A DNA stretch of 59,971 bases, counting the filler, from Squatina squatina (taxonomy: Eukaryota): NCBI GenBank assembly GCA_031763465.1. It is 3 parts of 3 records of this genome, joined end to end, with 100 filler letters (N's around TTAATTAATTAA, not from the genome) between each part and the next. Parts side by side here need not be neighbours in the genome. Positions count along the whole stretch, not along the records: positions 1 to 14,680 come from JARFOE010000230.1; positions 14,781 to 37,216 come from JARFOE010000100.1; 1 more part is not named here. One strand, given 5' to 3'. A program made the position numbers and the translations under genes. The notes under the pieces are model-generated. The model made no database searches, had not been told where the DNA came from, and saw only the letters and a list, made by a program, of their open reading frames with translations. This document shows, in pieces, positions 13,430-24,571 of the stretch. The stretch's first letter is position 1; every line of letters starts with the position of its first letter.

Positions 13430-13700
13430 GTCACTGCCCCCAAAAAAACAGGCACTGTCATCGCCCCTTTAGCGCCCAACGAATTCAGTCCAATGGTTTG
13501 TTGGGCGGCCATTTTGGGTGGTGCGCCCTCGGATGACGTCACGGAGGCCCATTAGCGCCTAGCGCCACATTTCCAGCGCTCCTCAGCACTGGCGCTAAAC
13601 TGAGGCCACTTGCACAAATTTCAATTTACCGCCAAAAATGGGCATTAGATCCCTAACGCCCGTTCTATGCCCATTTAGCGCCAGTGCCAATTGGCCGCCC
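13430..13700. mobile_element. GC-rich dispersed repeat (TAGCGCC-rich, probable non-autonomous DNA transposon)
   Basis: Homologous in opposite orientation to 55745-56031. Shared blocks: CCCAAAAAAAC-GGCACTGTCA, GCCAT(T/C)TTGGG and GATGAC(G/A)TCACG. Confidence 0.65.
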
Positions 13701-14680
13701 ATTGTATCTATAAATAAAATTATATTCAACTGATTGTAGGCAAACCATCGGTACAACTTCTTATACATTTTATAAAAGCTATTTATCGTGCTGACATCAC
13801 AAAAATGGCCAGAATATTACTCTGTAAAGCAATAGAACATGCAGCATGAAAGGATCCCAAAGATTTTCTTCACCATACTTGACAGACCTGTAGTTGCTGA
13901 TTAGGAGATATCAACCGTTACTCTGGTAGCATGCGAGATTTTGCTTTGGTCTTTGAATTAGCTTCAATATTAGCTGTTTTATTTTATGATCGCCCCTGAG
14001 CTCTAAACCTTGAAAACTGTCATTTACAAAAGTTTAAATCTTGCAGCGCAATGTTTCCTTCATCCCACTTTTTTTGGTTACTTTCAGAAAAATATAAGCA
14101 TTGAGACGAATGTTGAGTGTTGGTGGCAATAAATACCCCATCAGTGGGCTGGAATCTGAATTTTGTGGGCGATCTTATGGGCTCCGACAGTCTAATCTTT
14201 GTTTTCTGTACTCTGTTTAAAACTTGACTTTTGGAAACAAAAATAATCATTCAACCAGAAACAAAATTTGATTCCTGACAGTTTAATATGTTTAATTACT
14301 TATCTGTGTTTTTCTAGATAGAGCTGCAGAATTCTTTACTGATCTACTGCTACCCCCTCTCCCTCATTTCACAATCCTGTGGGTAATTTTAAACCATCAG
14401 ATGATCCCAAACATATGTGTCATCCTCATAATCTTCTTTGAATCTAAGGCACTTTTATAGTGATAATGATCCATTGATGGCAGGAACATGGTATTCCTGG
14501 CTTCACTGGCATTTGTAGAAAACAAATGAACTCCATGCTTGACAGTCTCCGGGACCTCTGACAGTGTCTGGGACCCAACTTTTCTGGATTTCAGGAACAG
14601 CCATTGGAGGCAGTTAAAAGTGAAGTCTCCTTTCTAAAGGTTCTCCAACAGACCCCCTTTATCACCAACATAAAGTGATA

Positions 14681-14780
14681 NNNNNNNNNNNNNNNNNNNN
14701 NNNNNNNNNNNNNNNNNNNNNNNNTTAATTAATTAANNNNNNNNNNNNNNNNNNNNNNNNNNNNNNNNNNNNNNNNNNNN
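14681..14780. other. Artificial scaffold-concatenation linker (N44-TTAATTAATTAA-N44)
   Basis: A 12-mer with stops in all six frames at 14725-14736, symmetrically flanked by 44 Ns. Identical structure at 37217-37316. Confidence 0.97.
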
Positions 14781-16053
14781 CCCTAACACAATAAACTAAA
14801 CTACACTGGTGATATTTGATTACAAGCACATATTAAACATTACTTTGAGCAGAAGTCAATCATAATATATTTTAACATTTTGGTATACAATTAATGCAAA
14901 TGAAATGCCTAACATAGTGAAGAATGTATCCACATGTAGTTTTCCAAAGAGGACTAAAAAAAGTAAACGTATGTTGTATAAAAATTAACTCCCCACCATC
15001 TTTAGAAAAAAAATGATGGTTTACCCTTCAGTGACATTTTATTTTGGTCTATTGCAGGGAATGTTATTAGAATTAATTACTTAATAAAAGGCACTAACCA
15101 CAAAACAGAAGAAAAAGCTGATTTTTGCTACTTGTGATATCGTTANNNNNNNNNNCGTGGTGGGCAGGAAGTTGTCGCACCTCCATAATATTACTGAACC
15201 GAACACGTGGTTTTTTTAAAGCTATAAATAAAAAAAGATAATTTTAAACAAAATCTTCAGACAAAAAGATGTGATATTATTGACAATTTGTTTTAGGCAC
15301 AGGTATTTGTTTCTTTAGTGCTATTTTGACTAATACTCCTCCCATTTATCATTCACTATCTGAGTGAATAATCACACAGGTTCACAGCTCAAACTGATAT
15401 TCTGTGATGAGTTAATTCCAGTAAATACTACCACATTTGGGAAGAGAGGAGAAGGAGAGAGAGGGGCAATGGAGAGGAAGAGGAGNNNNNNNNNNNNNNN
15501 NNNNNNNNNNNNNNNNNNNNNNNNNNNNNNNNNNNNNNNNNNNNNNNNNNNNNNNNNNNNNNNNNNNNNNNNNNNNNNNNNNNNNCCACAAAAAAAATAT
15601 TGCTATATATTTTCTTAACTTTTTCCATATTAAGAAGTGGAGGTAGAGTCTCTGCTTTGGGTGCAATCGGCAATCCGGGTGCAAATTGCGCTTGAAATTG
15701 CACTGGTTTTCCGAAGTGAAGTTCTACTTCAAATTTCTGCTCACTCATTTACATAATCACAAGCATAAAAATCTTCCATGAACCAGCGCAATCAGGCAGC
15801 ATAATAGAACATAATTGTTTTTTTTCCCCTTGCATTCACAATTATTCTCTGATGAAATTCACTGCAAAAGCTAGTTCATTTTCATCAGTTAGCTACCAGG
15901 GCTCAAAACTGAAGACCCAATGAACTGAAACAAGTGTGCTCATATGCTTGGGCTAACAAATTAAGAAACTTACCAAACTACCATTTGAATGAAAGCTATG
16001 ATATCTGAATTAACAGTTTACATACAAAATCACTTGCAACACTTAATACTCAC

Positions 16054-16116
16054 CAAGGAATCATTTACACTAGTGTCTGTAGTACAAGTTGCAAGATAAC
16101 TTTCAGCATCTGCAAA
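16054..16116 (-). CDS. SLC35F5: Solute carrier family 35 member F5, internal exon (63 bp)
   Basis: AG/GT-bounded exon encoding FADAESYLATCTTDTSVNDSL; recalled human SLC35F5 segment is [21 protein letters not shown]. In phase with the 16437-16571 exon. Confidence 0.92.
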
Positions 16117-16436
16117 CTTAAAAAGTTGAAAAAGTTAATAAGGAGGCAACAGGAAACAGCAAATCATATTGATAAAGTTGCCTTTGGTACATTTGCTGAA
16201 ATGAGCAGCAATTAATTACACATTCCTGTATAGGCATAGTTCTGATAGGACATTTACTGGAAGCCACAAATTATACAACCTTCTATTAAACTTAGACATG
16301 CACACCTGCACCAAATTATCTTTAGTAGCTGTACACTGAATATATATAATTTAATAATGTAACTAAATTGTCATTCAGAGTTCAGGTTATAAAGCTGATT
16401 ACATTTGATTTCCCCATACTTAGGACGACTACTTAC

Positions 16437-16571
16437 CAATGCAACATGTCTTCCATTGGTACACTGCTCCCGCCAAGGCTTCCAAACAAGGAATCCGATG
16501 AGGTAAAGCACAAACATAGATGTTTTGGCAAACGTACTAAAGAAGGGTTTCTCATACTTTTTAAATATATA
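16437..16571 (-). CDS. SLC35F5: Solute carrier family 35 member F5, internal exon (135 bp)
   Basis: CAG/GTAAGT-bounded exon encoding [45 protein letters not shown], matching SLC35F5 [25 protein letters not shown]35F5 is the known divergent neighbour of ACTR3. Confidence 0.95.
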
Positions 16572-16953
16572 CTGAAAAGAAAAAAAAAAGAACTGAAAAA
16601 CTTACTAAAAATTTACTAACGCAATATGTAGTTTTCTAATGGAATATCACATTCAGTTTTTTTTTCCAAACCCTCCCTCCCCCACAAATATTCATCAAAG
16701 TTCTATTATTTATCCTACTAACTTACTACAGTAAATCATTAATATGCTAAATTACTACTGGACAAAACTATTTCGTTGAAGTGACAGTGTATCAACATTT
16801 CTTAGTCACACTGTTGAACTTGTAGGGTGTTTGTTTCCCTGCTTTCCAGCATCCCGATCAAAGGCTGCTGCTTTGACAACTTTATGCGAGTAACTTCAGA
16901 GGTTGTAGTTGGTTGAGGAAGAATATATCACAATCAATTGTTTTGAGACAGTC

Positions 16954-17165
16954 TGGGTCCGAAATTCGGTAACCGCTGCGAGGTGGGACTTCCTGCACCC
17001 AGCCCAGAAATCCCTCCCAGGCAGCGAAATTGGGTTACCGTCTCCAAGAGGAAGCGGAGGGCAGTGTCGTGCGCTCCACTTCCTCTCGGGGTTGTGACTG
17101 GGGTGCTAAGCACGGGAATTTTCCAGTGATGCGCAGAGCGCTGCGTGGCGCTGGTGGGAACACAG
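16954..17165. mobile_element. GC-rich transposon terminus (Harbinger-like MITE)
   Basis: Abrupt switch to GC-rich sequence beginning GGGTCCGAAATTC, like the other GG(G)..GAAATT termini; runs into a gap. Confidence 0.45.
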
Positions 17166-17265
17166 NNNNNNNNNNNNNNNNNNNNNNNNNNNNNNNNNNN
17201 NNNNNNNNNNNNNNNNNNNNNNNNNNNNNNNNNNNNNNNNNNNNNNNNNNNNNNNNNNNNNNNNN

Positions 17266-17818
17266 CACAGTTCCTGATCAGATGTCCCTAAATCACCGCA
17301 AACCGACTGCCTCGACCGCGCATGGTGTTCTGGGGATTGTAGTTTGATCCTTCACATAAACCCGAGAGGAATCTACTGGAACATCCCCCCCAGAAAAACT
17401 ACAACTCCCGTGAAGCAATTAGGCAGGGCAGCTGGATCACGTGGGCCAGGCCTCGCCAACGCGCACTGGCAGGTCATGTTCCATGACGTAATACTGACTG
17501 ACGCCGGAGATGACCACTCACACGGAGCCTTTCGGAGATTGGCGAATCATCGGCTGGCAGGGTGTGGCGGGCTGGCAGGGTGGGGCCTGTGGGCCAATCG
17601 GGCTGGGTTGACCCGAGGGGCGGGGCCGCCGTATGACGGGCAGCTGAACGCCCGGAGGTGGCCGCCATTTTGACCCCAGTGCGGAAGTTGTAGTTGTGTC
17701 TCGGACTCGGAGCGGCTGACGGTTCCGCCTTTTTCATGGTCAGGTAGCTCCCGGCGCTATCGGCTCCTTTTTTTTTTGTTTTTTATTTGGCCCGTCTCAT
17801 CACGAAAAGTACCCGAAA
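17266..17818 (+). promoter_or_regulatory. ACTR3: CpG-island promoter / 5' leader of ACTR3
   Basis: CpG-rich, directly upstream of the ATG. Contains ACTACAnnTCCC-type (ZNF143/THAP11) motifs at 17328-17345 (-), 17398-17409 (+) and 17682-17695 (-). Also an E-box (17438), CRE-like site (17484), CCAAT (17538 -, 17594 +), GC box (17617-17625), YY1 GCCGCCATTTTG (17661-17672) and ETS CGGAAGT (17682). Confidence 0.85.
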
Positions 17819-17862
17819 ATGGCAGGCAGATTGCCGGCGTGTGTCGTGGACTGTGGCACAGG
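17819..17862 (+). CDS. ACTR3: Actin-related protein 3, first coding exon (44 bp)
   Basis: AAAATGG start context; encodes MAGRLPACVVDCGTG, the ARP3 N-terminus; GTAAGC donor follows. Confidence 0.97.
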
Positions 17863-18171
17863 GTAAGCGGCGAGCGGTTGGTGCTGGAGGGTTTTAGGGC
17901 AGCAGTCTTGACACTCGGCTCCTGGGGCGGACGGTCTGAGTGTCAGGGTGTGATTCGTGGGCCGGGCCGGGCCGGGAGGGACCACATCATTTCAACCATT
18001 TCATCTCTCTCACACACACAATAAAGATCCGCGCCCTCGATCAGAAAGGCTTTACTAGAAAACCGACCGCCNNNNNNNNNNNNNNNNNNNNNNNNNNNNN
18101 NNNNNNNNNNNNNNNNNNNNNNNNNNNNNNNNNNNNNNNNNNNNNNNNNNNNNNNNNNNNNNNNNNNNNNN

Positions 18172-18224
<53 letters not shown>

Positions 18225-20631
18225 CCGCGGGGGGGAAGGGAGGGTGTTTGTCGGCGCCAGCAGCAGTCGGTGTGTGTCTGCCAGCCCGAGCCTGCTGTAA
18301 CGGAGCGGCTCTCCGGCTCCGCCCTTCCGTCAGCGCCGTTGCACCTTAAAGCCTCAGGTAAATCGCCTCGGGCCGTTTCAGGCTCAGAGTTCCCGTCCTG
18401 CCCGCTCTCTCCCCGGTCAAGGATCCGCGTGTGGCGCGGCGGGTTTTTTTTTTACTCCGAACTGTTTTTTGGCTTTAAAATAAATAAATCTTTGCAGAAT
18501 AACCGTGATGGAAAAGGCCGCAAGTGAGCAAGCGCGAAGGAACTTCCTAGTTGTCAAAGCCGCTTCCTCCTTTCGTGCATAATTTCCTTATAAGGGATTT
18601 TTTTTTTGCAAAGCGATTAGCAAACTGATTCTGGACGATCAAACTGTTTTTTCTTTTTATTCTCAATTGATGTTATTTCGAGCACCGGCTATAAGTTCAA
18701 TGCATCTTGCATTTGTCTTAAATATTATAAGCCGAGTACCGTTTGAAGAGTTGATATTTTCACATTGCACTTCCGCTTTTCAAAACAATCTTACATTTAG
18801 GAGAAATGTTTGAATGAAGCGTTTAATTTTGCTATTGATGTCACAGACGTGGAAATTATAGCGGCATTAGAGAAATAAATTCTAGCATATATAAACTATC
18901 TTGCCGGATAGTCTGCATTGTATTGAATTTTGCTGTGTAGACAAGTATAATGGATGACTTAATCTGTAGGCATATTTGTGTATTTTCTTGGCAGATGATT
19001 TGGATCTGTCCATATACAAAATATATTACTAATGGAGCGTATCAAATACCTTACTGTTTGACATGTGTCCCCAACACAAGTGATTTGCTTGTATAATCTG
19101 GCCTCCACCATGTAAGCTTCATTGTAACACATTAGATCTGCAACATATTTACCCTAAAGTTTCAATTTGTATTTTTTGCTGACCTAGTGTAGAGTTACTC
19201 CCCGTTTGTGTGTGAAAGTCTGGAAAGAATTGCATGAGAGCATCAGTAAAATGGGTCAGAACTTTTTTGGGTGAAGAATTATATTTTTAAATTTAGTAAA
19301 TAATTCAATGCTGTCAAAGTATTAAGAGCCAAGATAAGATTTTACTATATTGGAAACACTCACCTTAATTTTATTCTAAATGTTTATGAAATGCCACTTA
19401 CAAGTGTGTCAGTTCCAGATATCGAAAGGGCTTCCAGGACAAGCTTGAAAACCTGTTATTGGCAAGGTTTCTGGAATAGAAATAAAAGTACATTGTGTGA
19501 GAGTTGCTTATAATACAGAGGCATGCTGAAAAATCAGGCTAGAAATTACAGTTGCCGATATTATCAAACTAATACTTAATATGTTTCTATGACATTTATT
19601 TGTCCACTGTTTTAATGCACGAGTTGGTGTATTCACTTTATTTTAGGAGCTAATAGTTCTGTTAAAATAATGGACAGAAAAATATCCTATGGCATGTTCA
19701 AAGTAAATCCAATAATACTGACAAGTAATTTCTAGGCTAGTATAAGCTGTGAAAAAGGAATTATACTCAATATAACCTTTGAGAGTGTAATTGTATACAG
19801 TGTAACCAGATTGTTTAAAAGCACAGTATAACCTGTGAGAATTGTAACGTTTCAATGATTTTATGTACAATATAATTTGAGAGTGTGGTGTGNNNNNNNN
19901 NNNNNNNNNNNNNNNNNNNNNNNNNNNNNNNNNNNNNNNNNNNNNNNNNNNNNNNNNNNNNNNNNNNNNNNNNNNNNNNNNNNNNNNNNNNNTGATAAAT
20001 TGGAATGATCTCATCTTCGGGTTTGGATACTTGTATAGTTGTACTGTACTTTGTTAATGAAGTTATGTGCACCTCTCATTGAGATTATAATTATGTAATC
20101 ACTTGACAATTCAATATAAATATATGTAAATTTAGTGGGAAATGTGCAGAAGGTATGGCCAAATTTGACTTTTTTGTGACTGAAATGGCTGCTGCACTAG
20201 GCTATACCTAGGTTGAGAATATGTTAGGCTTGGTAAACTACTTTTCACAATCTATATGCAAACAGCTTGCAGTAAATTATCTGTTGTACAGTTGATGTAA
20301 AAAATTGTCTGACAATTTATATCTTGCTTGCCAAAACTTGAAACCGTACTTCTAATAAAATAAATGATCGTGATCAATGATGTATCTTCTTTTGCACACA
20401 TTTGAGGACACTGAAGGGGTAATGCCTTACTGCAACAACTTTGCTTATGCAACTTTTTCAAAAACAAAAATCGCAAACTGGATGCTTTCTGTCTTCAATT
20501 AAACCTGAAAAGTTATATTTTAAATTTCTAACCTTTTTATGGACCTATAATCGAGCTTTAATATATTACCCAGTTCATTTATATTTACAAATTAGCAAAT
20601 TATTGATGTACAAACTTATTTTCTGCAACAG

Positions 20632-20742
20632 TGGCCTATTCGTCATGGCATAGTTGAAGACTGGGATCTCATGGAGAGATTTATGGAACAAGTTATCTTT
20701 AAATACCTTAGAGCAGAACCAGAAGATCACTATTTCCTTTTG
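20632..20742 (+). CDS. ACTR3: Actin-related protein 3, internal exon (111 bp)
   Basis: CAG/GTAAGT-bounded; encodes [37 protein letters not shown], with ACTR3-type rather than ACTR3B-type residues as recalled. Confidence 0.97.
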
Positions 20743-21296
20743 GTAAGTAAAGTTGTGTCACTTGATGTGCAAATAGTAACTTTAAATGTAAAGCTTAATT
20801 AGTACTGTGTTAGAACTCTAGCATGGTTCAACTGAAAGGCTATCATTGTATGTTATGGTTGGCTATAGAGTAATAGGTGGAGGTCTGAGAGCATGTTCTG
20901 AGCCAAGGAGTTTGAAAAGTGATCCAAAAATTAATTTTATTTTTTAATCATTGGAATGTTTTTAATGGGGGAAGTGATTAAATTGGTTAGTAAATAGACT
21001 TAGTCGATGTATAATAACCTTGAATTGTGTTTCATATGTTAAAATGATAATACTGCAGATTTTCCATAGGTACTTGTGAAATTAGACATGGTCAAATTTG
21101 CTAATCTTGATAGTCTTCCAATGTAACTTTTATTGAGTTGTCATTGACCAGATATCACAGAAAACAACCTTCTCTCTTATAGTCCAAGCACTGAAGTAAA
21201 TTGTTGTAATGCTTTTTGAATAATACGCGCACAAAATGCATGAATACAATACTTCAGCTGCAGTTTGCTTAAAGGCTTGAATGATCTCTTCAACAG

Positions 21297-21382
21297 ACTG
21301 AACCACCATTAAATACTCCAGAAAACAGAGAATATACTGCTGAGATCATGTTTGAATCCTTCAATGTGCCAGGCCTTTACAT
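21297..21382 (+). CDS. ACTR3: Actin-related protein 3, internal exon (3' end lost in gap)
   Basis: CAG acceptor; encodes [28 protein letters not shown]; Ns begin at 21383. Confidence 0.97.
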
Positions 21383-21529
21383 NNNNNNNNNNNNNNNNNN
21401 NNNNNNNNNNNNNNNNNNNNNNNNNNNNNNNNNNNNNNNNNNNNNNNNNNNNNNNNNNNNNNNNNNNNNNNNNNNNNNNNNNAGTAAAATTATAATAAAC
21501 AATTTAACATCACTGTCGGAGCGCTGTCA

Positions 21530-21665
21530 GGACTGCTGATGAAAGGTCATTGACCTGAGATGTTAACTTTTTCTCTCTCCGCAGATGCTGCCTGACTTGC
21601 TGGGTGTTTCCAGCATTTTCTGTTTTTACCTCAGATTTCCAGCATCCGCAATACTTTGCTATTGT
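21530..21665 (+). mobile_element. Penelope-like pLTR-derived repeat with degenerate hammerhead core
   Basis: CTGATGA-A-AGGTC-ATT-GACCT-GAGA-TGTTAAC followed by GATGCTGCCTGACTTGCTG..TTTCCAGCA. Related copies at ~51810-51935 (-) and 52391-52520. Confidence 0.6.
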
Positions 21666-22403
21666 TTTCGAATTTCTTTTGCCCCACATCCTGGGCTGCA
21701 ATCACTCACTTAAACTGACTCTAAAGCTGCTGGCAGGTATTAAGAACATGTGATGACTTAAGACTTGAGACGTAGGTCCTGTTATTGCTGTCACTAGTAC
21801 CTTGGCAGCATTCGCTTCCCATGTCCTATGGAGAGGAAGAGGGGACAGAGACGTGTTACATCTCTGCCCCATTTCCATTCCCCAGAATATCTGGGCTTCC
21901 CCAAATAGGGGAAGCTACAATAAGAGGCCCAGAGCAACCTTGGTAATTTGACAGGAGGCGTGGTTCCAATCTTCCCTGCGCAGTTTCCTGTTTCTTAGAA
22001 TAGTGCCCGGGACGTTGATGTTTGGCTTTGCACCTGGGACCGCACTCCCCCACCCCAATCCCCCACATTGTCCGTCAGATCAAAGGTTCTGATTGGGTCA
22101 GGCAGCAAAGTGAAGAAGGTCAAGAAGGTTCTTCGGAAACTTAATCGGAAGAGATTCTATTGCATTTTTTGGACCTGATGGCTGTATCTGTGTCTGATTC
22201 TTGGTGCAAAACCCGACCAAGTAGTAATATGTGCCAGGGATATAATGGTTAAATCAATAATGTTTACATGTAAATCTTGAAGATAATCATCAAAAAATAG
22301 TTTGTGGTAGATTTTGTGAGGATTGACTAACTGTAGTTCTAAATGTGTACCTATTTTTACTTACACATGTTTTATTTCTGCTTAATGTTTTATTGATCTA
22401 AAG

Positions 22404-22577
22404 GAACGCTTCAGTTATGTCTGCCCAGACTTGGTAAAAGAATTCAGCAAATATGATACAGATGGTGCTAAATGGATCAAACAGTATACTGGAGTCAATG
22501 CCATCTCCAAGAAAGAATTCACCATCGATGTAGGCTACGAGCGATTTTTGGGCCCTGAAATTTTCTTCCACCCAGAG
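22404..22577 (+). CDS. ACTR3: Actin-related protein 3, internal exon (174 bp)
   Basis: AAG/GTAACT-bounded; encodes [58 protein letters not shown]. Confidence 0.97.
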
Positions 22578-23214
22578 GTAACTTTGTTTTTGTTGTACTT
22601 AGTGCATTTTTATTGCAAGACTTCAACATTTGGCTCCTGACAGCAGAGGGCAGGATGCAGGTTTGTAACGAGGTTGGATTTATCCTCGGATTAATTTGGA
22701 GGCAGCAGAATGTGACCGTCCTGACATAAACACCAATATATTGATTGCTTGCGGCAGCCAACCCTTGAGGTAAGATCAGTCTATTTTATGATGGGAGCTG
22801 GCTGTAAATATCCACGTGTTGACTCCATTTAAGTGACAACACTTCACCTGTGACTGGATTGCCAGACTGTTCCTTTAATCATTAACAAAATAAAAAGCAA
22901 ATTAAAACATCAACTGTGCCAAACAATATAACCAAAGAGATAGCAAGATTAGAAATGCTGCTTTTAAAATTTCCATTTTCTTCCCTGCACTCCTGATGGC
23001 TCTTAACTCTTGCTGAGTTCCATTGACACTTGCCACCCTTCAATGCATCTTCACGTGAAAGCCTGGACAGTCCTGGTCAGCAGTCTATTCAACTGTAAGC
23101 ACATCACAACTGAGCCCGAACTGGTCCTCATGCACATGTTGCCATAGAAGTCACTGGCCACATTCCTCCTATACCGTTGCCTACCTGCAAATGTAGCAAG
23201 TTTTGTGAACAGCT

Positions 23215-23900
23215 CAGACATTCTCAGTGGTCATGAGACTATTTGTGGATAGCACATGGCCTTGAGATTGCCACTTTGATTGAGGATGCAGAGTATTACA
23301 GCCCTGTCCTGCTTGTTGTTGAGCTTTGAGTGTTGGAGCTGCACCCATCCAAGCAAGCGGAGAGTATTCCATCACACTCATGTAAGCCTTGCAGGTGCTG
23401 GAGAGGTTTTGAGGGGCAGGAGGTGAGTCACTCACCTCAGAATACCCAGCCTCTGTCCTGCTCTTGTAACCATGGTGTTCACATCTAGTTAGTGCGGCAC
23501 TTGGTAATGCTACGGAAGGTGATTGGCACTTTTATTGTTGGAGATAGTTTTTACGTGGTATTCATGTAAAGTAAATGACAAGTCTCTGCTTGGATATTAT
23601 CCAGGTCTTGCTGCAGGCTGGCACAAGTTGCTTCATTATCAGAGGACTTGTGAATAGAGCTGAACACTAGAAAATTGTAAGAGAACAGCCAGACCCCCTG
23701 CCCTTACGGTGGAGGGAAGGTCATTGATGAAGCAGCTGAAGATGGTTGGACTGAGGACACTGCCCTGAGGAATTCCTGCAGCAATGTCCTACAGTTGAAA
23801 CAATTGGCCTCCAACAAGTACGACCATCTTTATTTGTGGCAGGTAGGACTCTAGCTACTGAAGGATTCTTGCCTTAACGCCCAATAACCTCCGTTTTACT
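23215..23900 (-). mobile_element. Degenerate non-LTR retrotransposon ORF2 remnant
   Basis: Minus strand reads PQNLSSTCKAYMSVMEYSPLAWMGAAPT (LINE thumb region). A GIPQGSVLSPTIFSCFINDL RT motif lies near 23720-23780. Confidence 0.75.
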
Positions 23901-24416
23901 TGCTGCCATACTTTATTGAATGTACAAAATGGCAGCTAAAGTTTCAGTAATGAACGAGCCCTAACAGACGACAGTTGGGACGTTGTGCTGGAGCGCGTGA
24001 TTTCAACCTGTAATAAATTAAAGGTTAATTTGAAATTGATCTCAGGACATACCACACCTCTACTTGTGCAGATGGAACCCAGAATCAAGGGAGGATGTTG
24101 CAAAAACTGATGCGGAGACACAATCCTCCATGTTTTCTTCTCACATCCAAACATCCCGCCTCATGCCGAAACTGCCATGTGCCAACCATAAAATCACAAA
24201 GTACCCCAGACTTGGGAAACAACTTCCTGGATCTCCCCAAAGTGACCCCACTGGATCTGCACGTGGTGACAGGACGAACCTCCCCACAACCTGGTCAATG
24301 TGGATTAAAGCACAATGCAAGATCACCCAAAAAAAACAGGCGTTCCTGAGGTTGAATAAAGAGAAAATATTTTCCTTGACTTGGACCATTACCAGTGGCT
24401 GGCCAGTATATCAAAC

Positions 24417-24571
24417 ATAGAACCATAGAAAATAGGTGCAGGAGTAGGCCGTTTGGCCCTTCGAGCCTGCACCACCATTCAGTATGATCATGGCTGACCA
24501 TCCAACTCAGTACCCTGTACCTGCTTTCTCTCCATACCCCCTGATCCCTTTAACCACAAGGGCCACATCCA
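24417..24571 (-). mobile_element. CR1 LINE 3' end
   Basis: CATAGAAACCATAGAAAATAGGTGCAGGAGTAGGCCGTTTGGCCCTTCGAGCCTG is the reverse complement of a CR1 3' UTR and microsatellite tail. Confidence 0.8.

Noticed and set aside
14725-14736. Palindromic TTAATTAATTAA as a biological motif
   Set aside because: Symmetric N44 flanks and exact recurrence at 37261 identify it as an artificial linker.
18172-18223. Poly-C run giving a poly-proline ORF (17940-18527)
   Set aside because: Homopolymer at a contig edge, likely a simple repeat or sequencing artefact; the ORF also depends on reading through Ns.
24063-24413. Overlapping ORFs vaguely like a Gypsy integrase zinc-binding region
   Set aside because: Too degenerate to support; no intact catalytic motifs seen.
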